Shown here: one piece after another, positions 1 through 13,389 of the stretch
Numbering within the stretch: position 1 is the stretch's first letter
Layout: every line of letters starts with the position of its first letter
NCBI GenBank assembly: GCA_951406725.2
Contig: OX597822.1
Span: forward strand, 2,542,001-2,606,000
Direction: 5' to 3'
Origin: Octopus vulgaris
Lineage: Eukaryota
DNA: 64,000 nt
Made by a program: the position numbers and the translations under genes
Notes under the pieces: generated by a model
What the model saw: the letters and a program-made list of their open reading frames with translations, nothing else
Told to the model about the DNA's origin: nothing
Database searches by the model: none

Positions 1-6
1 TATATA

Positions 7-52
<46 letters not shown>

Positions 53-54
53 TA

Positions 55-1330
55 CGAGGGGCGTTCAATAAGTAATGCCCCTGACCCACTTCCCATAGCA
101 GTAGAGCAACGAAACTTGACACAGTTATTAGTCATTTTCTCCATAGGAACCACCCAGAGTTACGCATTTCTCCCATCGTTTGATGCGGCTCTGGAGACCG
201 TTTTTGTAGAAGAACCCAGCTTGGTCCTCCAACCTCAACGTGACTTCAGAAATCAAGGCTGCATCATCTGGGAAACGCTTTCCTTTCAAAAACAACTTCA
301 TGATTGGGAAGAGGTGAAAATCAGAGGGTGCAAGGTCAGGAATGTAGGGGCGATGGGGAGGAGTTCATAGCCATACGCCTGTGCTTCTGATCTGGCGATA
401 AGCGAGTTGTGGACCGGAGCGTTGTCCTGCAGGAGGAGGATGCCTTTGCTGATCTTGCCCCGCCTCTTGATTTTGATAACTTCTCTTAATTTCCTCAAAA
501 GTGAAGCATAATAGGCTCCTGCAATTGTGGTACCCTTTGCCAGGAAATCTGTCATCACTACTCCGTCCTGGTCCCAGATGACTGTGAGCATGACCTTGCC
601 AGCTGAGGGCTGCACCCTTGCCTTCTTTGGAGGGGGTGATCACGGTGCTTCCACTGCATTGACTGGGCTTTGGTCTCTGGATCATTTGATGGACCCAGGT
701 TTAATCCTGTGTAATCAGTCTTTTGAAAAATTTTGACTCATCTTCTTGACACATCTCCAAATTCACCCTCGAGTACTCGACGCGTTCTTGCTTCTGGAAA
801 GGCGTGAGCAACCTGGGTATCCATCTGGCAGACACCTTTTGCATATGCAAATGGTCATGAATGATAGTTTCCAGAGACCCGGTACTAATCTTGACCTCAT
901 GGGCTATTTGGCGAATAATTATGCGTCGATCTTCCAAAATGGCAGCCTCAACTTGACGGACAGATGCCTCATCAATGGCAGAAGGGGCGACCAGATCTGG
1001 GAGCTGTTTCCACAGAGTTCCGACCATGTTTGAATTCACGATGCCAGCGTTTTACAAGGTCATATGATGGGGCATCATCACCATAAGTTACTTTCATTTC
1101 ATCAAAACTCTCCCGTGGTGTGCGTCCTTTCAAATACAAAAACCGGATCACTGCTCGACACTCAACAGGCTCCATTTCACACTTGACTCGGTTCAAACAC
1201 CTGTAAATCAGAAACCACAATTAATTCAGAGCTGTAATTTGCCACTTACTCTATAGAGATATAAATGATTGCACAGCTATATCAAACAACTGCAAGTGGG
1301 TCAGAGGCATTACTTATTGAACGTCCCTCG
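55..1330 (-). mobile_element. Mariner DNA transposon, near full length (irritans-like)
   Basis: 37-bp TIRs cgaggggcgttcaataagtaatgcccctgacccactt (55-91) and aagtgggtcagaggcattacttattgaacgtccctcg (1294-1330) with 2 mismatches. TA on both sides (53-54, 1331-1332). Transposase on the minus strand. Confidence 0.95.
128..1175 (-). pseudogene. Mariner transposase, frameshifted
   Basis: Pieces in different frames: MEPVECRAVIRFLYLKG...(HTH), KVSARWIPRLL (WVPHEL-like), AGKVMLTVIWD, LLQDNAPVH, and C-terminus RWEKCVTLGGSYGEND* (stop 128-130). Confidence 0.92.
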
Positions 1331-1364
1331 TATATACATATACATATGTATATATATACATATG

Positions 1365-1397
<33 letters not shown>

Positions 1398-1400
1398 GTA

Positions 1401-1463
<63 letters not shown>

Positions 1464-1466
1464 GTA

Positions 1467-1519
<53 letters not shown>

Positions 1520-1550
1520 GTATATATATACATATGTATATATATATACC

Positions 1551-1584
<34 letters not shown>

Positions 1585-1622
1585 TATAATAATGATTATT
1601 ATTATTATTATTATTATTATTA

Positions 1623-1668
<46 letters not shown>

Positions 1669-1786
1669 GTTCTAAACAATAAATTATCCAATTTCCTGTT
1701 TTATTATATATATATATGTATGTATATGTATTTAGGTATGTATGTATGTGTGTATGTTTGTGCGTGTGTATGTATGTATGTTTGGG

Positions 1787-1823
<37 letters not shown>

Positions 1824-1848
1824 TTGTGTGTGTGTGATTGTGTGTGTG
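1331..1848. repeat. Compound microsatellite (TA)n/(TAT)n/(TG)n
   Basis: Directly visible. Explains the YI/II/VC ORFs. Confidence 0.95.
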
Positions 1849-2702
1849 TAAGTTAGGAAACGGTGACGAGTAAAAATTTTGTAAATATAATTATACGCTT
1901 AAGTTTAGAAATGTGGACCATTTATTGGTTACAGAAAATCGTCTACTATTGGGGCATATGAGTCACTGACGGAAAAAAATTGGTGCTAATACGCATACTA
2001 ATACACTTTTTTTCATCGAAGACTATACAGAATGAGAGAGGGAAAGAGGGAGAGAGCGAGAGGAAGAGAAAGAAAGTGAGATGCAGATAAACATGATTTG
2101 GCTTGACATATATAAATATATTCTGCCACTGGGCTCACATGAATTCGTATTCAATTCGAGCCTCTGCACTCTCGTCCTTCTTAATTACATACATACACTT
2201 ACTCAAGTCCTAGAATATTACCTATACGTTATCTTGGTCCATTGTTTTTCACTATTCCCTGTGTATTACTAATCACTGTTTTGTAAGTTGTATTCCAGAT
2301 AATTTCTTGATCTCCTTCTCTGACGTAATCTTTTCATGTAAGCACAATTTCATTCCACTTTTGCTCATTACACAAAAACTCTATAATCTCTCGTAATTGT
2401 GATAAAGCTCACACTTCGATATGCTTGCAGCATATTCCTTCCCCTTCTCTTTCTATCTCTCATTCTCTATTCTCTTTGCATCTTTCTCTCTATCTCAGTA
2501 TAATTTCCTCCACCGCTAACCCACCACTTTTCCTCGATTTGATTTATATTCACTTCAGTCTTTTTTCTTATTTGCACATTCCATTTGTTAATTCTGAACA
2601 ATATTACGTAATTCCGATCTTCCAGAAGCAGCTGTCTAAGCATTCTCTCTTTTGTAGTTGGTGTTTTTTATGTTTTGTTAAAATATATTTGACTCGCTCT
2701 CG

Positions 2703-2770
<68 letters not shown>

Positions 2771-3468
2771 ATATGTATCTCTTATTATAAAAGGCAGATT
2801 TTATCTGCCTCCCAAACCGTTTGTTTATTATACAAATCTACAATATAGAATTTCTTCAATTAGAATTTACCTATCATTTTTACGAGTAGAATACATCGGG
2901 TCGTGGCAGGTACAGTTTTTCCTATTTCACCCCCAATTAAGCAAAAATTAGAGAAAACTAACTATTTAACAATTTTTCTCTTTCAGTTCAAGTGATTCAC
3001 TAATACCATTACCACTACACTTTCTCCTCCTTTCTCTTTGCAAGTGTGCAACGATTAAAGTGAAAGTATTTATATAAAAGGAATGAACTGCTTCACTCAT
3101 GCTATCACCATAATTTCTCCTACTTTCTCTTTGCAAGTGTACCTTAAACCACTACTCAAAAAAAAACAACACAGCAAACAGAAACAAATAAATACATAAC
3201 GATTTACTCCTCACACAATTTCTTCAATTACAGTTTACCTATGATTTTTCAAAGTACTTCCATTCGGTCATGGCATACAAAATTTCTTTCAATTTGACCC
3301 TCAATTAAGAAAAAATTCGAGAAAACTCAATATTTTAACATTTCACTCTTTCACTTTACTCTGCCTATTACTCCCTCTGCCTCCCACTTCCTCTTTACAC
3401 ACATAGACACGCAAATATATAAATAAAATTGTAAGCTAACGTGTGTGTGGGTGTGTGCGTGTGTGTGA

Positions 3469-3504
<36 letters not shown>

Positions 3505-3816
3505 GTGTGTATGAGGGTGCGTGTGTGTGTGAATGTGTTTGTGTGTGTGTGTGTGTGTGTGTGACAGGGATGACCCATTCAGACTGGTTATCCTTTTTGC
3601 TAGAAGAAGATCACCTATGCTACACCACTGGTTTTCAGTTCATATTAATTAAATTAATATTCACAACAAGAAGGACTATTCATTATAATACATCAGTTCC
3701 ACACATTTACCCTGGTTCCATTTCGGACAACTGCACAAACATTTGCTATTTGACACATGTATGTAAACAAATTCCTTTCTTAAAAATTTCAATTCATTTT
3801 CTTTTTCAATTCATAC

Positions 3817-4332
3817 AAAGTTATTTAGGACGAATATAAGATCTAAAGTATATACAAGTAGCAGAAAGATCGCCCAAAAGTGTATATAGATATTTAAATG
3901 TATTTATATATTCATCTATACAAACATGTATGTATAATGTATGTGTATATATTTCCATAGAGGTAACCATTCACTCCGCACAAAGTTTTTTAGGACGAAA
4001 ATAAGATCTAAAGTTATCTCTAAGAAGCAGAAAGATCGCCCAAAAGTGTATATAGATATATAAATGTATTTATATATTCATCTATGCACACATGTATGTA
4101 TAACGTGTGTGTATATATTTCCATAGAGGTAACCATTCACTCCATACAAAGTTTTTAGGACGAAAATAAGATCTAAAGTTATCTCTAAGAAGCAGAAAGA
4201 TCGCCCAAAAGTGTATATAGATATTTAAATGTATTTACATATTCATCTATACACACATGTATGTATAATGTGTGTGTATATATTTCCATAGAGGTAACCA
4301 TTCACTCCATACAAAGTTTTTTAGGACGAAAA
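3817..4332. repeat. Tandem repeat, about 165-bp unit x3, inside the Helitron
   Basis: cgcccaaaagtgtatatagata recurs at 3871, 4037 and 4202. Confidence 0.9.
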
Positions 4333-4584
4333 TCTTTATATATAAAAGAAAGGTTGTGTGTCTGTCTACTCCGATTTAGATTCCTAACTACTCCCACATT
4401 TTGCGATGCAGTTTAACCAAAACCGAGTATCTTATAGTCGTGATTCATATCGAGCCCTTCTGGGTATTAGCGCGCGTCTACGATGAGTCTACGATTTTAC
4501 AAATAATTTACCATCATTTTTTCCCATTTTAATGCATATTTTTTTAATAAAGGGAAGTAACTCTCAAACTTCACACCAATATGC

Positions 4585-5103
4585 GTGCTCATATGCGACG
4601 TAATATCACATCAGCAGCATTTCCTCACACCCTCCTTGCACTTGGCGAAAGGCAAATTACCAGGGGATGAAAATGGTAATATTGCCATCGATTCCATTTG
4701 TACCATTGTTAAGACGCCTTCTGATCTCAGAGATGCAGTGTTCCAAGATCTACAAGCTAATTATCAGAATATGGATTGGATTGGCCAAAAGACTATACAG
4801 GCCCCGAGGAATAAAACTGTTCACCATATTAATGATGAAATGCTAAACCTCATTCCTGGGGAAGTCTATGTATATCAGTCTATCGATACAACTCCTGACC
4901 CAGAGGACGTCATCAACTATCCAATAGAGGTACTCAATTCCTTTGAGCACCCCGGACTACCACCACACATTCTCAAACTTAAAGTTGGTGCCCCTATAAT
5001 GCTCATCAGAAATTTGGTTCCCACAAAACAATGCAATGGCACACGTTTGATCGTTAAGTCCTTATCTCCCACCGTAAACTTATATCAATATTTACCTGAA
5101 TAA
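4585..5103 (+). pseudogene. Helitron PIF1-like helicase fragment
   Basis: APRNKTVHHIN...YPIEVLNSFEHPGLPPHILKLKVGAPIMLIRNL...CNGTRLIV, typical of Helitron/PIF1 helicases. Truncated. Confidence 0.9.
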
Positions 5104-5269
5104 TCATCATAATTCAGTGCAATCATTAACAGTACTTTCAAGCAATTAAGCCCCGAGCAACGCCGGGCAATTCTGCTAGTATATATATATATATATGAAG
5201 TAAATTATTAAAGGTGGGTTAGCACAGGAGGACGACTGCTGAAATAGGAAGAAAGTTATATATATATAA

Positions 5270-5336
<67 letters not shown>

Positions 5337-5415
5337 TGAGAGAGAAAGAGAGGGAGAGAGAGCTCTATATATTTATGTGTATCTATATATGTATGGAATT
5401 TGATATATGTTTATA

Positions 5416-5810
5416 TACTCTTTTACTCTTTTACTTGTTTCAGTCATTTGACTGCGGCCATGCTGGAGCACCGCCTTTAGTCTATCAAATCGACCCCGGG
5501 ACTTATTCTTTGTAAGCCCAGTACTTATTCTATCGGTCTCTTTTGCCGAACCGCTAAGTGACGGGGACGTAAACCCACCAGCATCGGTTGTCAAGCAATG
5601 CTAGGGGAACACACAAACACACACACACACACATATATATATACATATATACGACAGGCTTCTTTCAGTTTCCGTCTACCAAATCCACTCACATGGCATT
5701 GGTCGGCCCGGGGCTATAGCAGAAGACACTTGCCCAAGATGCCACGCAGTGTGACTGAACCCGCAACCATGTGGTTGGTTAGCAAGCTACTTACCACACA
5801 GCCACTCCTG
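5416..5810 (-). mobile_element. tRNA-derived CORE-type SINE, family 1, full length
   Basis: Minus-strand head with A box TGGCTGTGTGG, B box GGTTCAGTC and CORE-like CTTGGGCAAGTG. Tail ccagcatggccgcagtcaaatgactgaaacaag(taaaagag)n. Confidence 0.9.
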
Positions 5811-6344
5811 CTTTATATATCAAATCCAATAATGTTATCTGCATCATTATCTCCTCACATCAAGGGTTGAACAGAAAGAAGAGATCAAGGAGAAAAAGTT
5901 AATCTTAAGCAGAGCAAACGAGAAATTAGACGAAAACTTAACGGATGGGAAATATAGACAAAGACGATACACGTAATGTTCGCAACTGAGTTTTCCTTGA
6001 CAGTCACTGACCCAAAATACCATAGTGGTTTCGCGCCATTACCATTGAGACCATTCAATTTTAGAGGCGCCATTGCTGCTATTAAGCTACTGGGAAAAAG
6101 CTAGCGAATGCATACGAAGACAGAAACAAACAAGACATTTTATAAATACATTATATAATAGACGAAGAAGTATGCATATATAACAGCGCGAAGCCTTACA
6201 CTATATACAACATAACAAAAAATAGCGAAACTCCTATGATATTTTGGGTCATTGACTGACGAGGAAAGCCCAGCTGCGAATATTCCGTGTATCATGCCAT
6301 CGTCTATATTTCCCGTCTGTCACGTTTTCATCAAGTTTCTCGTT

Positions 6345-6563
6345 TGTGTATGTTTGTATGTCTGTGTTTGTTTCCCCAACATCGCTTGATAACCGATGCT
6401 GGTGCGTTTACGTCCTCGTTTCTTAGCGGTTCGGCGAAAGGAACCGACAGAATAAGTACTAGACTTACAAAGAATAAGTCCTAGGCTCGAGTTCTTCGAC
6501 TAAACGTGGTGCTCCAGCATGGCCGCAGTCAAATGACTGAAACAAGTAAAAGAATAAAAGAAT
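6345..6563 (+). mobile_element. SINE family 1, 3' half
   Basis: Matches the 3' half of the 5416-5810 element. Confidence 0.85.
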
Positions 6564-6621
6564 ATACATGCTTGGTCAATGCTGATAGATGGAAACGCTA
6601 CATTCATCGAACAATGACAGT

Positions 6622-7203
6622 ATAGTTCTACATTTAAAAGATGAGGAATTATGTACATTATTTACATTATTTACATTCGACGGATATTTGTCCTCATCTT
6701 GTTTGTTGTTAACACAACGTTTCGGCTGATATAGCCTCCCACTGAGGGATGAAGTTAAAATAATAATCAGAGAAAACCACTGGAAAATACGAAAACTAAA
6801 AGAAGCAGCACATATGCTAGGACACAACAACCTCCTAAGCAGACCGAGTGCAGATATGAACAGAATATGGGAACCGGTGTTAAGGAAGGATAGAAAAAAT
6901 ATTTGATTTATAAGCCCTAAAATTCACTCCATAATTGCCAACGGGCATATGGCGTTATGGTTAAGAGCGCAGGCTACCAACCCCAAGATTCCGAGTTAGA
7001 TTCTAAGCAGTGACCTGAACAATGATGACGATAACGATGATGATGATGATGATGATGATGACAGCATCAAAAAATACCTTAGGAATGAGAACCCAGTTTC
7101 GAAATTTCGCTAAGATACCTGATGACGGCTGGAGGGTATATCAGCCGAAACGTTGTGTTAACAACAAACAAGATGTTTCTTGTCGAATGTAAATAATGTA
7201 AAC
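6622..7203 (+). mobile_element. Penelope-like element 3' end with inverted partial terminal repeat
   Basis: 6739-6906 encodes DEVKIIIRENHWKIRKLKEAAHMLG...LLSR (GIY-YIG C-terminus-like). About 6665-6740 is the reverse complement of about 7130-7203. Hammerhead at 7114-7159. Confidence 0.75.
7114..7159 (+). ncRNA. Minimal type I hammerhead ribozyme
   Basis: GATAC-CTGATGA-c-GGCTG(gagggtatat)CAGCC-GAAAC-GTT-GTGTT. Confidence 0.7.
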
Positions 7204-8419
7204 AATGGCAGTCACTAAAAAACTTTTTTTCACTTGTTTCATACATTGGGTTGCGGTCATCCTGGAGCAATATCAAGAAGGTAGTAGTTCATAAAACATT
7301 CTTTCATAAAACATTCTTTCATAAAACATTCTTTCATATCGGTTTCGTACTTAGTCCAACGATGTGATTTTATAACAAAAACAGGCTGCACCAGTTTACA
7401 CCTGTAATTATAAATGCAAACATCTAAACACCGCACACACACAGGGAGACTCAAACTCACAGGGCGATGATCTTGTGGCTGCAATAAAAAACATTAACTA
7501 TAATGTGGGATCAAATGCGGTATCATGTGGTTGAAAAACGAACATTCATTCCATCGCCAATATAACTACAGTCTTCTGTGTGTCACGCAAAAATGCGAAT
7601 GTCGTTCAGGTTCTTGAGTCACCATCATCGTCTTTCATCATTTCTATTTATGTTCAAATACAACAGAATACAATAGCAGCTATATATCTTTCATATAGCA
7701 ATACGAAGTGTCTGTTTACTAGCAACAAGCCTAAGTATTTGAAAGGAAATGAGTCAGATGTGTGTGTAAGCTGTCACTCTCCATATTACGAACCACGTCT
7801 CCAACAAAGCGTGTATAACACACAAAGTGTCGCCGAGAGATTGAAAGAAGATCACAGGTTGCATTTGAGATGTGTTTACCTAGATTCTATAATACGAATT
7901 CACAATAAACACAGAGCTTACTTCCCTCTGTCTTCCTCTCTCTGTCTCTGTCTCTCTCTTTCTCCTTCTACTTCCCTCGGATGAGCTTTCCGAAGGTATT
8001 AATATTATATGAACATTAGATATGACTAAAACAAGTGTAAACAATTTATTACTTATTTAGGTGTACAGGTAACAAATTCATTGTAAGTCAATGATAGTTT
8101 GCAGCATTTTGATCCCATGTCCATCACTTATTCATCGGGGAAAGGAAACCGGTTCAATCAGGAAACCAAACTTGGTTTCCGAATCTCTTCAATTGCCCCT
8201 CGTTGTATATGTAAACGAGAGCACAATGTCTGTCCTGTAACCGAGCAAATTTCTTTTAAATATATTCACGTGTTTTGTTTCTGTATATATTTTAAACTAT
8301 ACATTATTCAATTCCCTTTTGTATTAATTCACATAACTCTTAGTCACTCTTTACCTCCCCCCTCCCACAAAACAGCTGCAGAAATCATACAACGAACGCA
8401 GTTACACGCGCGCGCGCGG

Positions 8420-8765
8420 CATGAAGCTTCCTTACCAACCACATGGCACCTTGGGCAAGTGTCTTTTACTATAGCCCTGGGCCACCCAAGGCCTTCTGAG
8501 TAGGTTTGGTTGACGAAAATTGAAAGAAGTCCGTCGTGTGTGTGTGTCACTGTGTTTGTGTTTGCGCACACCATCACCACCTGACAACCGGTGTTGGAGT
8601 GTTTACGTCCCAGTAATTTAGTGGTTCTGCAAAGGAGACCGATAGAATAAGTACAAGGCTTAAAACATAGGACCTGGGGTTGATATGTTCGACTAAAAAA
8701 AAAAGAACTGTTCAAGGCAGTGCTCCAGCATGGCTGCAGTCAAGTGACTGAAGTAAGTAAGAATA
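8420..8765 (+). mobile_element. SINE family 1, degenerate
   Basis: ccttgggcaagtgtctt through gtgctccagcatggctgcagtc. Confidence 0.8.
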
Positions 8766-8801
8766 AATAAATACATATCTATATATTTATAACCTTTATT
8801 G

Positions 8802-8817
8802 ACGATAGATAGATTGG

Positions 8818-8857
<40 letters not shown>

Positions 8858-8888
8858 CAGATAGATAGATAGATAGATAGATATAGAG

Positions 8889-8952
<64 letters not shown>
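8802..8952. repeat. (GATA)n microsatellite
   Basis: Directly visible. Confidence 0.95.
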
Positions 8953-8974
8953 TGATTACACAGACCCACGAGGT

Positions 8975-9165
8975 AGAGGATAGAGGCTGAATGGTTTGAG
9001 CATCGGACAAAGTGCTCTGAGTTATTTACTGCGCTTCTATACGTTCTTAGATTATATTTATCTTTCGTTCACTCGGGGTCGATAAAATAAAGTACCCGTT
9101 AGATACTGGTACCGATGGAATAGACTAATCCATCCTCAACAAAAATTGCTGCCCGAGTACGTAAA
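8975..9165 (+). mobile_element. SINE family 2 (Meta/MESC-domain-like), degenerate
   Basis: tcggggtcgataaaataaagtacc core. Confidence 0.6.
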
Positions 9166-9999
9166 GAAAAAAAAAATCAGCTATATAATATAAACTCTAT
9201 TCACATTTAAAGCATAATACAATATAATATGATATAACATGATATATAATTAAATATAATATAATATAATATAATATAATATAATATAATATGGCGGGGA
9301 TGAGTTTATCGGTCTGTACAGATAGCAACAGCTAATATATCGTATCACTGTTCTTTATAAGTCAAAACGTAATTTTACTTTGCTGGACGAGTAGCAACAC
9401 ACTTCAGTAAATGCTTTAAATATTTTTATTGAAAATACAAATGAAACGCTCATAAAATGGATTAAGACTTTGTACTTCCATAAATCTGCTGCTCCAAAGG
9501 TTTATGATTTCTTCAAGCTGACATTTTAACGATCGCTATATTTGTTTTCGCTTCCGTCTTCATATTCAAATCTCCTTGGTATTGTTTTCATAATTCGTCA
9601 TATTTTTGTTAGTCTGTCCGAAAATAATTATTATTTAAATAAGTGCTAAGCACAAAACTATTGAAATTAATTTATTTGGCTAATAAAACGGCGTTATATA
9701 TATATATATTTTTATTCTTTTAAACGTCTGCTTTTAAATCTGATAAATAGTCACATGATCTATCTGTATTATAGAATAAATAGCTGTTTATATCTTATGA
9801 ATTTTTATCGATTTAAAGCATCTGTACAAAAATATATCCGTATTTACATAGATACATCTCATTGGGAGATAAGTACATAAATGGGTGCATACACACAGAC
9901 ATTTGCCCACAAACACACAGAGAAAGACACACGCGCACATACACACTCACACACACATACGCACACGCGTTTATTCTCTGTAAAATACATTCTTACACT

Positions 10000-10352
10000 T
10001 TCGCTTGTTTCAGTCATAAGACAACGGTCATGCTGGGATACTGTTATAACCCCGGGTCAAACAAAGCCTTGTGAGTGGATTAGTTACACGAAACCGATAG
10101 AAGCTCATTGTATTTGTATATATGCATGTATTTATTTGTGTGTGTTTTTGAGTTTCTTCCCCTCCACTCCCGCCACCGCTTCACAACCAGTGTTGTCTTG
10201 TTTACTTCTACTTAACTTAGCGGTTTGATATTTGAGACCCATAGAATAAGTAAAGGACTAAAAATATGTACTGGTGTTGATTCGTTCGACTAAAGCATTT
10301 CAATGTGGTGCCCCAGCATAGCCACAGCAAATGACTGAAACGAGTAAAATAT
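10000..10352. mobile_element. SINE family 1 fragments, both orientations
   Basis: cttgtttcagtcat (minus tail), then aaagccttgtgagtggat...ccagcatagccacagcaaatgactgaaac (plus). Confidence 0.7.
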
Positions 10353-10379
10353 AAACTTTGGTATTATCAGGTCTTTATT

Positions 10380-10800
10380 TATGAAGGACATTATTACACC
10401 AAACGAGCACAAGAAGTGAGCCATTAATCTGTACAAGTATTAACCCGACGGAATTTGGTCCGTACTATATGCTGGTTGTGACATCGGTTCCTTTCCCTCA
10501 AGTTCCTGGGACTTTATTCCAAGTCGTTTCGACAGTATGGGGTCTTGTATTGTCTTGCTGAAGAAGAGTTCGCTTTCTGATAATCACAGTCAGTCATTTT
10601 TGTCACACAATGGCATTCATCCTTTCCAGCTATTTGGCATACAGGTTGACAACAATGGTTTGACCGACCGGTGCAAACTGGTCGGGAATTATCCCCTCAC
10701 AATTCAAGGAGATGCAGAGCGTCACCTTGTTTTCGAAAGGTTCATGTTTGGCGACAGGTTCTGGAAGCTGACCCTTGCTTAACTGATTTTATGCCCGTCA
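10380..10800 (-). pseudogene. Decayed mariner transposase fragment
   Basis: Minus strand reads LLQQDNTRPH and PAYSTDQIPSG*YLYRLM, resembling HDNARPH and YSPDLAPSDYHLF. Confidence 0.65.
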
Positions 10801-11897
10801 GGATTACGGAAAAATATCTCCCTCGGATTATTACTCGTTCCGGTCCATGACTCAATTCCTGTACTCGCGACACTTTATCACACCAAGTCAAGAACAGGTA
10901 TCAGCGTGGGGTCAAAGATTTGGGAGAAAGGCGGCTTCAGTCAATGCAACCGATGATCTTTACAATGAATGGTAGGCTGCTTTTGTTGTAATTTGACGAA
11001 TAAAGCAAATAAATTACTAAAATATTGCAAAACTTTTAACTCAGTACAGTACACATTACACGCACACACACACACACACACACACAAGTGCACACACGTA
11101 TGTGCATATTTATACACACACATATACATATATAATACATATATACATTCATACATTATAATGTTGAAATTCCAATGAAGGAGCCTTGGATCTAGGTTAG
11201 AAACCGGCTCTTTTTCTATTGGCAAGAAATCTTAAAATAAAACTGAATAATGACATACATGCATACATACATAGACACACACACACACCTACATACATAC
11301 AGAAACGTCCATACATATATATGGAACAGTGAGAATATTGAGATATATAAATATCGATCGGAAAGTGAATTTTATGTGCTGCATGGATTTTATATCATTT
11401 ATCCATGGATTTAATGATGATGCCTGTATCGGTTATTTGTTATTTCTATCGATGTTTGGATTTTCTCATATTAAATATAGATTTCTAAACTTGGCACAAA
11501 GCGAAAGCATGTTGAGAGGAACCCGATCGATATAATCAACTTCAGCTCTTGATAGAGTACCTACATTATCGACAACGGAGAAGTGAAATTTGAAATCAAA
11601 CTCAATGATATATTATCGCGTAGGCCTTTGTGTGTGGTCAAAGAATTTTCATACGTTTGTCCTAAACATCCATGCTTGGTTTCAGACTTTTAATTAGCCC
11701 TTGTTTCGTAGGTTCTGAGTTATACTCTGGAGGCTGAAAATAAATATTGGGTATATGTTTCATATATGATCCATGAAATTTATCCTGGGCATCACGTGCG
11801 ATACGCAGGACCGGCAAAGATCCATAGCTGAACCGAAAACGTAGTTTCCTGTTCTTTAATTTTACGTTTTGTAAGGAAATACAATATATCCTTTATA

Positions 11898-12062
11898 TTG
11901 TTTCAATCATTAGACTCCGGCCGTGATGGGACACTGCATTTAGAAATTTTAGTCGAGCCTGGTACTTATTCCATCGGTCTCTTTTGCTGAACCGGTAGTT
12001 TACAGGGACATATACCCACCAACACCGGCTGTCAAGCGATGGTGGGGGTCAGACACAGATAC
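11898..12062 (-). mobile_element. SINE family 1, 3' part
   Basis: tgtttcaatcattagactccggccgtg...ctgtcaagcgatgg. Confidence 0.75.
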
Positions 12063-12329
12063 AATAAGTATAATATATATATATATATATATATATTTAT
12101 ACATATATTTATATTTATATATATGTATATAAATAATGCATTTAGCTTAGTTTTTCCTTGGGGCTGGCAAGATTGGAGCTATCTCAAGATTAATCAGCCG
12201 AAATTGCGAGGATGATCCGGTTCTTGACTGAAGATTGAAGGCTTCGAATGTCCCGTCTGTGTTTTTTGTATCGTCTTCTAAATGTTATGCGTTCTTGTCC
12301 CAGTTTGTATATATATATATATATATAAT

Positions 12330-12955
12330 TAACTATATGAAAGCATTATTGATGTTAAACACAGTAATACTGAAGCGGTTAGCAAGACTTCTAACTTAAT
12401 AGGTATAATATTAAATATTATTTTCAAATTCCACCCTGAAGGTCGGCCTATTTTGTAAAGTGTTCATTGCATTGTTCGTGTGTGTATTTATCGTAGAATT
12501 GGTGGTTTTTAAAGCTTTTACTTTCATCTTTGGCAAGCGGTATGTTTACCTTTCTGTTATTCAAATATTTAATATTATACCTATTGAGGTAGCAGTCATG
12601 CTCACCGCCTCATTATTACTGTTTTGAACAGCATTAATGCTTTCATATAGTTACTTTATTATTGTTTACGATAGTTTTCTCTTTAGACGGAGCGGGACGC
12701 AGTGAATATTTTAGAAATAGATGTTAAATACTCTCCAACTGAGGACTGCAAAGCATGTTTTCTCATGCACAGCATGAAATCAATTGATATTAGGGGTATG
12801 TAAACTTCTTCAAATCCCACCCTGAATGTAGGCCTATTTTTAAAGTTTTCATTGCATTGTTCGTATGTGTGTTTATCGTAGGATTGGTGGGTTTTGAAGC
12901 TTTTGCTTTCATTTTTGGCAAGCGGTATTTTTACCCTTCTTTTATTCAAATATAT
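12330..12955. repeat. Combined inverted (12330-12420 vs 12565-12655) and direct (12425-12570 vs 12810-12955) repeat block
   Basis: aactatatgaaagcatta is the reverse complement of taatgctttcatatagtt. caaat(t/c)ccaccctgaa...ttattcaaatat occurs twice. Confidence 0.8.
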
Positions 12956-13028
12956 TTATAGATCGCCATGATAGATCGTTAGCCTCTACACACAGTTTTT
13001 TGTTTCCTTGTTTTTTTTTCTGTGTCCC

Positions 13029-13062
13029 TTTCTGTAGGAGAGCGTAGGCTCGAAACGTAAAA
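13029..13062 (+). ncRNA. Hammerhead-like motif, degenerate core
   Basis: TTT-CTGTAGGA-GAGC(gtag)GCTC-GAAAC-GTA-AAA. Confidence 0.45.
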
Positions 13063-13165
13063 TACTTTTTCTATTCCTGAGCGTTATACTAATACAACTG
13101 TTTGTTTTGTACACCACCTGTCTTCGTCTTTTGTTTTTTTCGTAAATTTTCCCTATATATATATA

Positions 13166-13290
<125 letters not shown>

Positions 13291-13389
13291 TATATATCGT
13301 ATATATATATGTTTATACATATATATATATATATATTTATACATGTGGTAAGTTGCTTGCTTACCAACCACATGGTTCTGGGTTCAGGA

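Larger units (their letters stand above)
2778..5179 (+). mobile_element. Composite non-autonomous Helitron
   Basis: 5' TC starts at 2778 (a|TCTCTTATTATAAAAG) and 4333 (a|TCTTTATATATAAAAG). 3' GC-rich hairpin gccccgagcaacgccgggc followed by CTAG|t (5176-5179). Internal helicase fragment. Confidence 0.75.

Noticed and set aside
3817-4332. CRISPR-like regular repeats
   Set aside because: Whole units repeat with no unique spacers. The context is eukaryotic with no cas genes.
6255-6290. CTGACGA-GGAA...TTCC hammerhead candidate
   Set aside because: The GAAA half of the core is absent.
7257-7484. Possible pogo DDE remnant (LDIAPG) with MKECF x3
   Set aside because: Motif order is inconsistent with pogo, and the repeat is a local 15-bp triplication.
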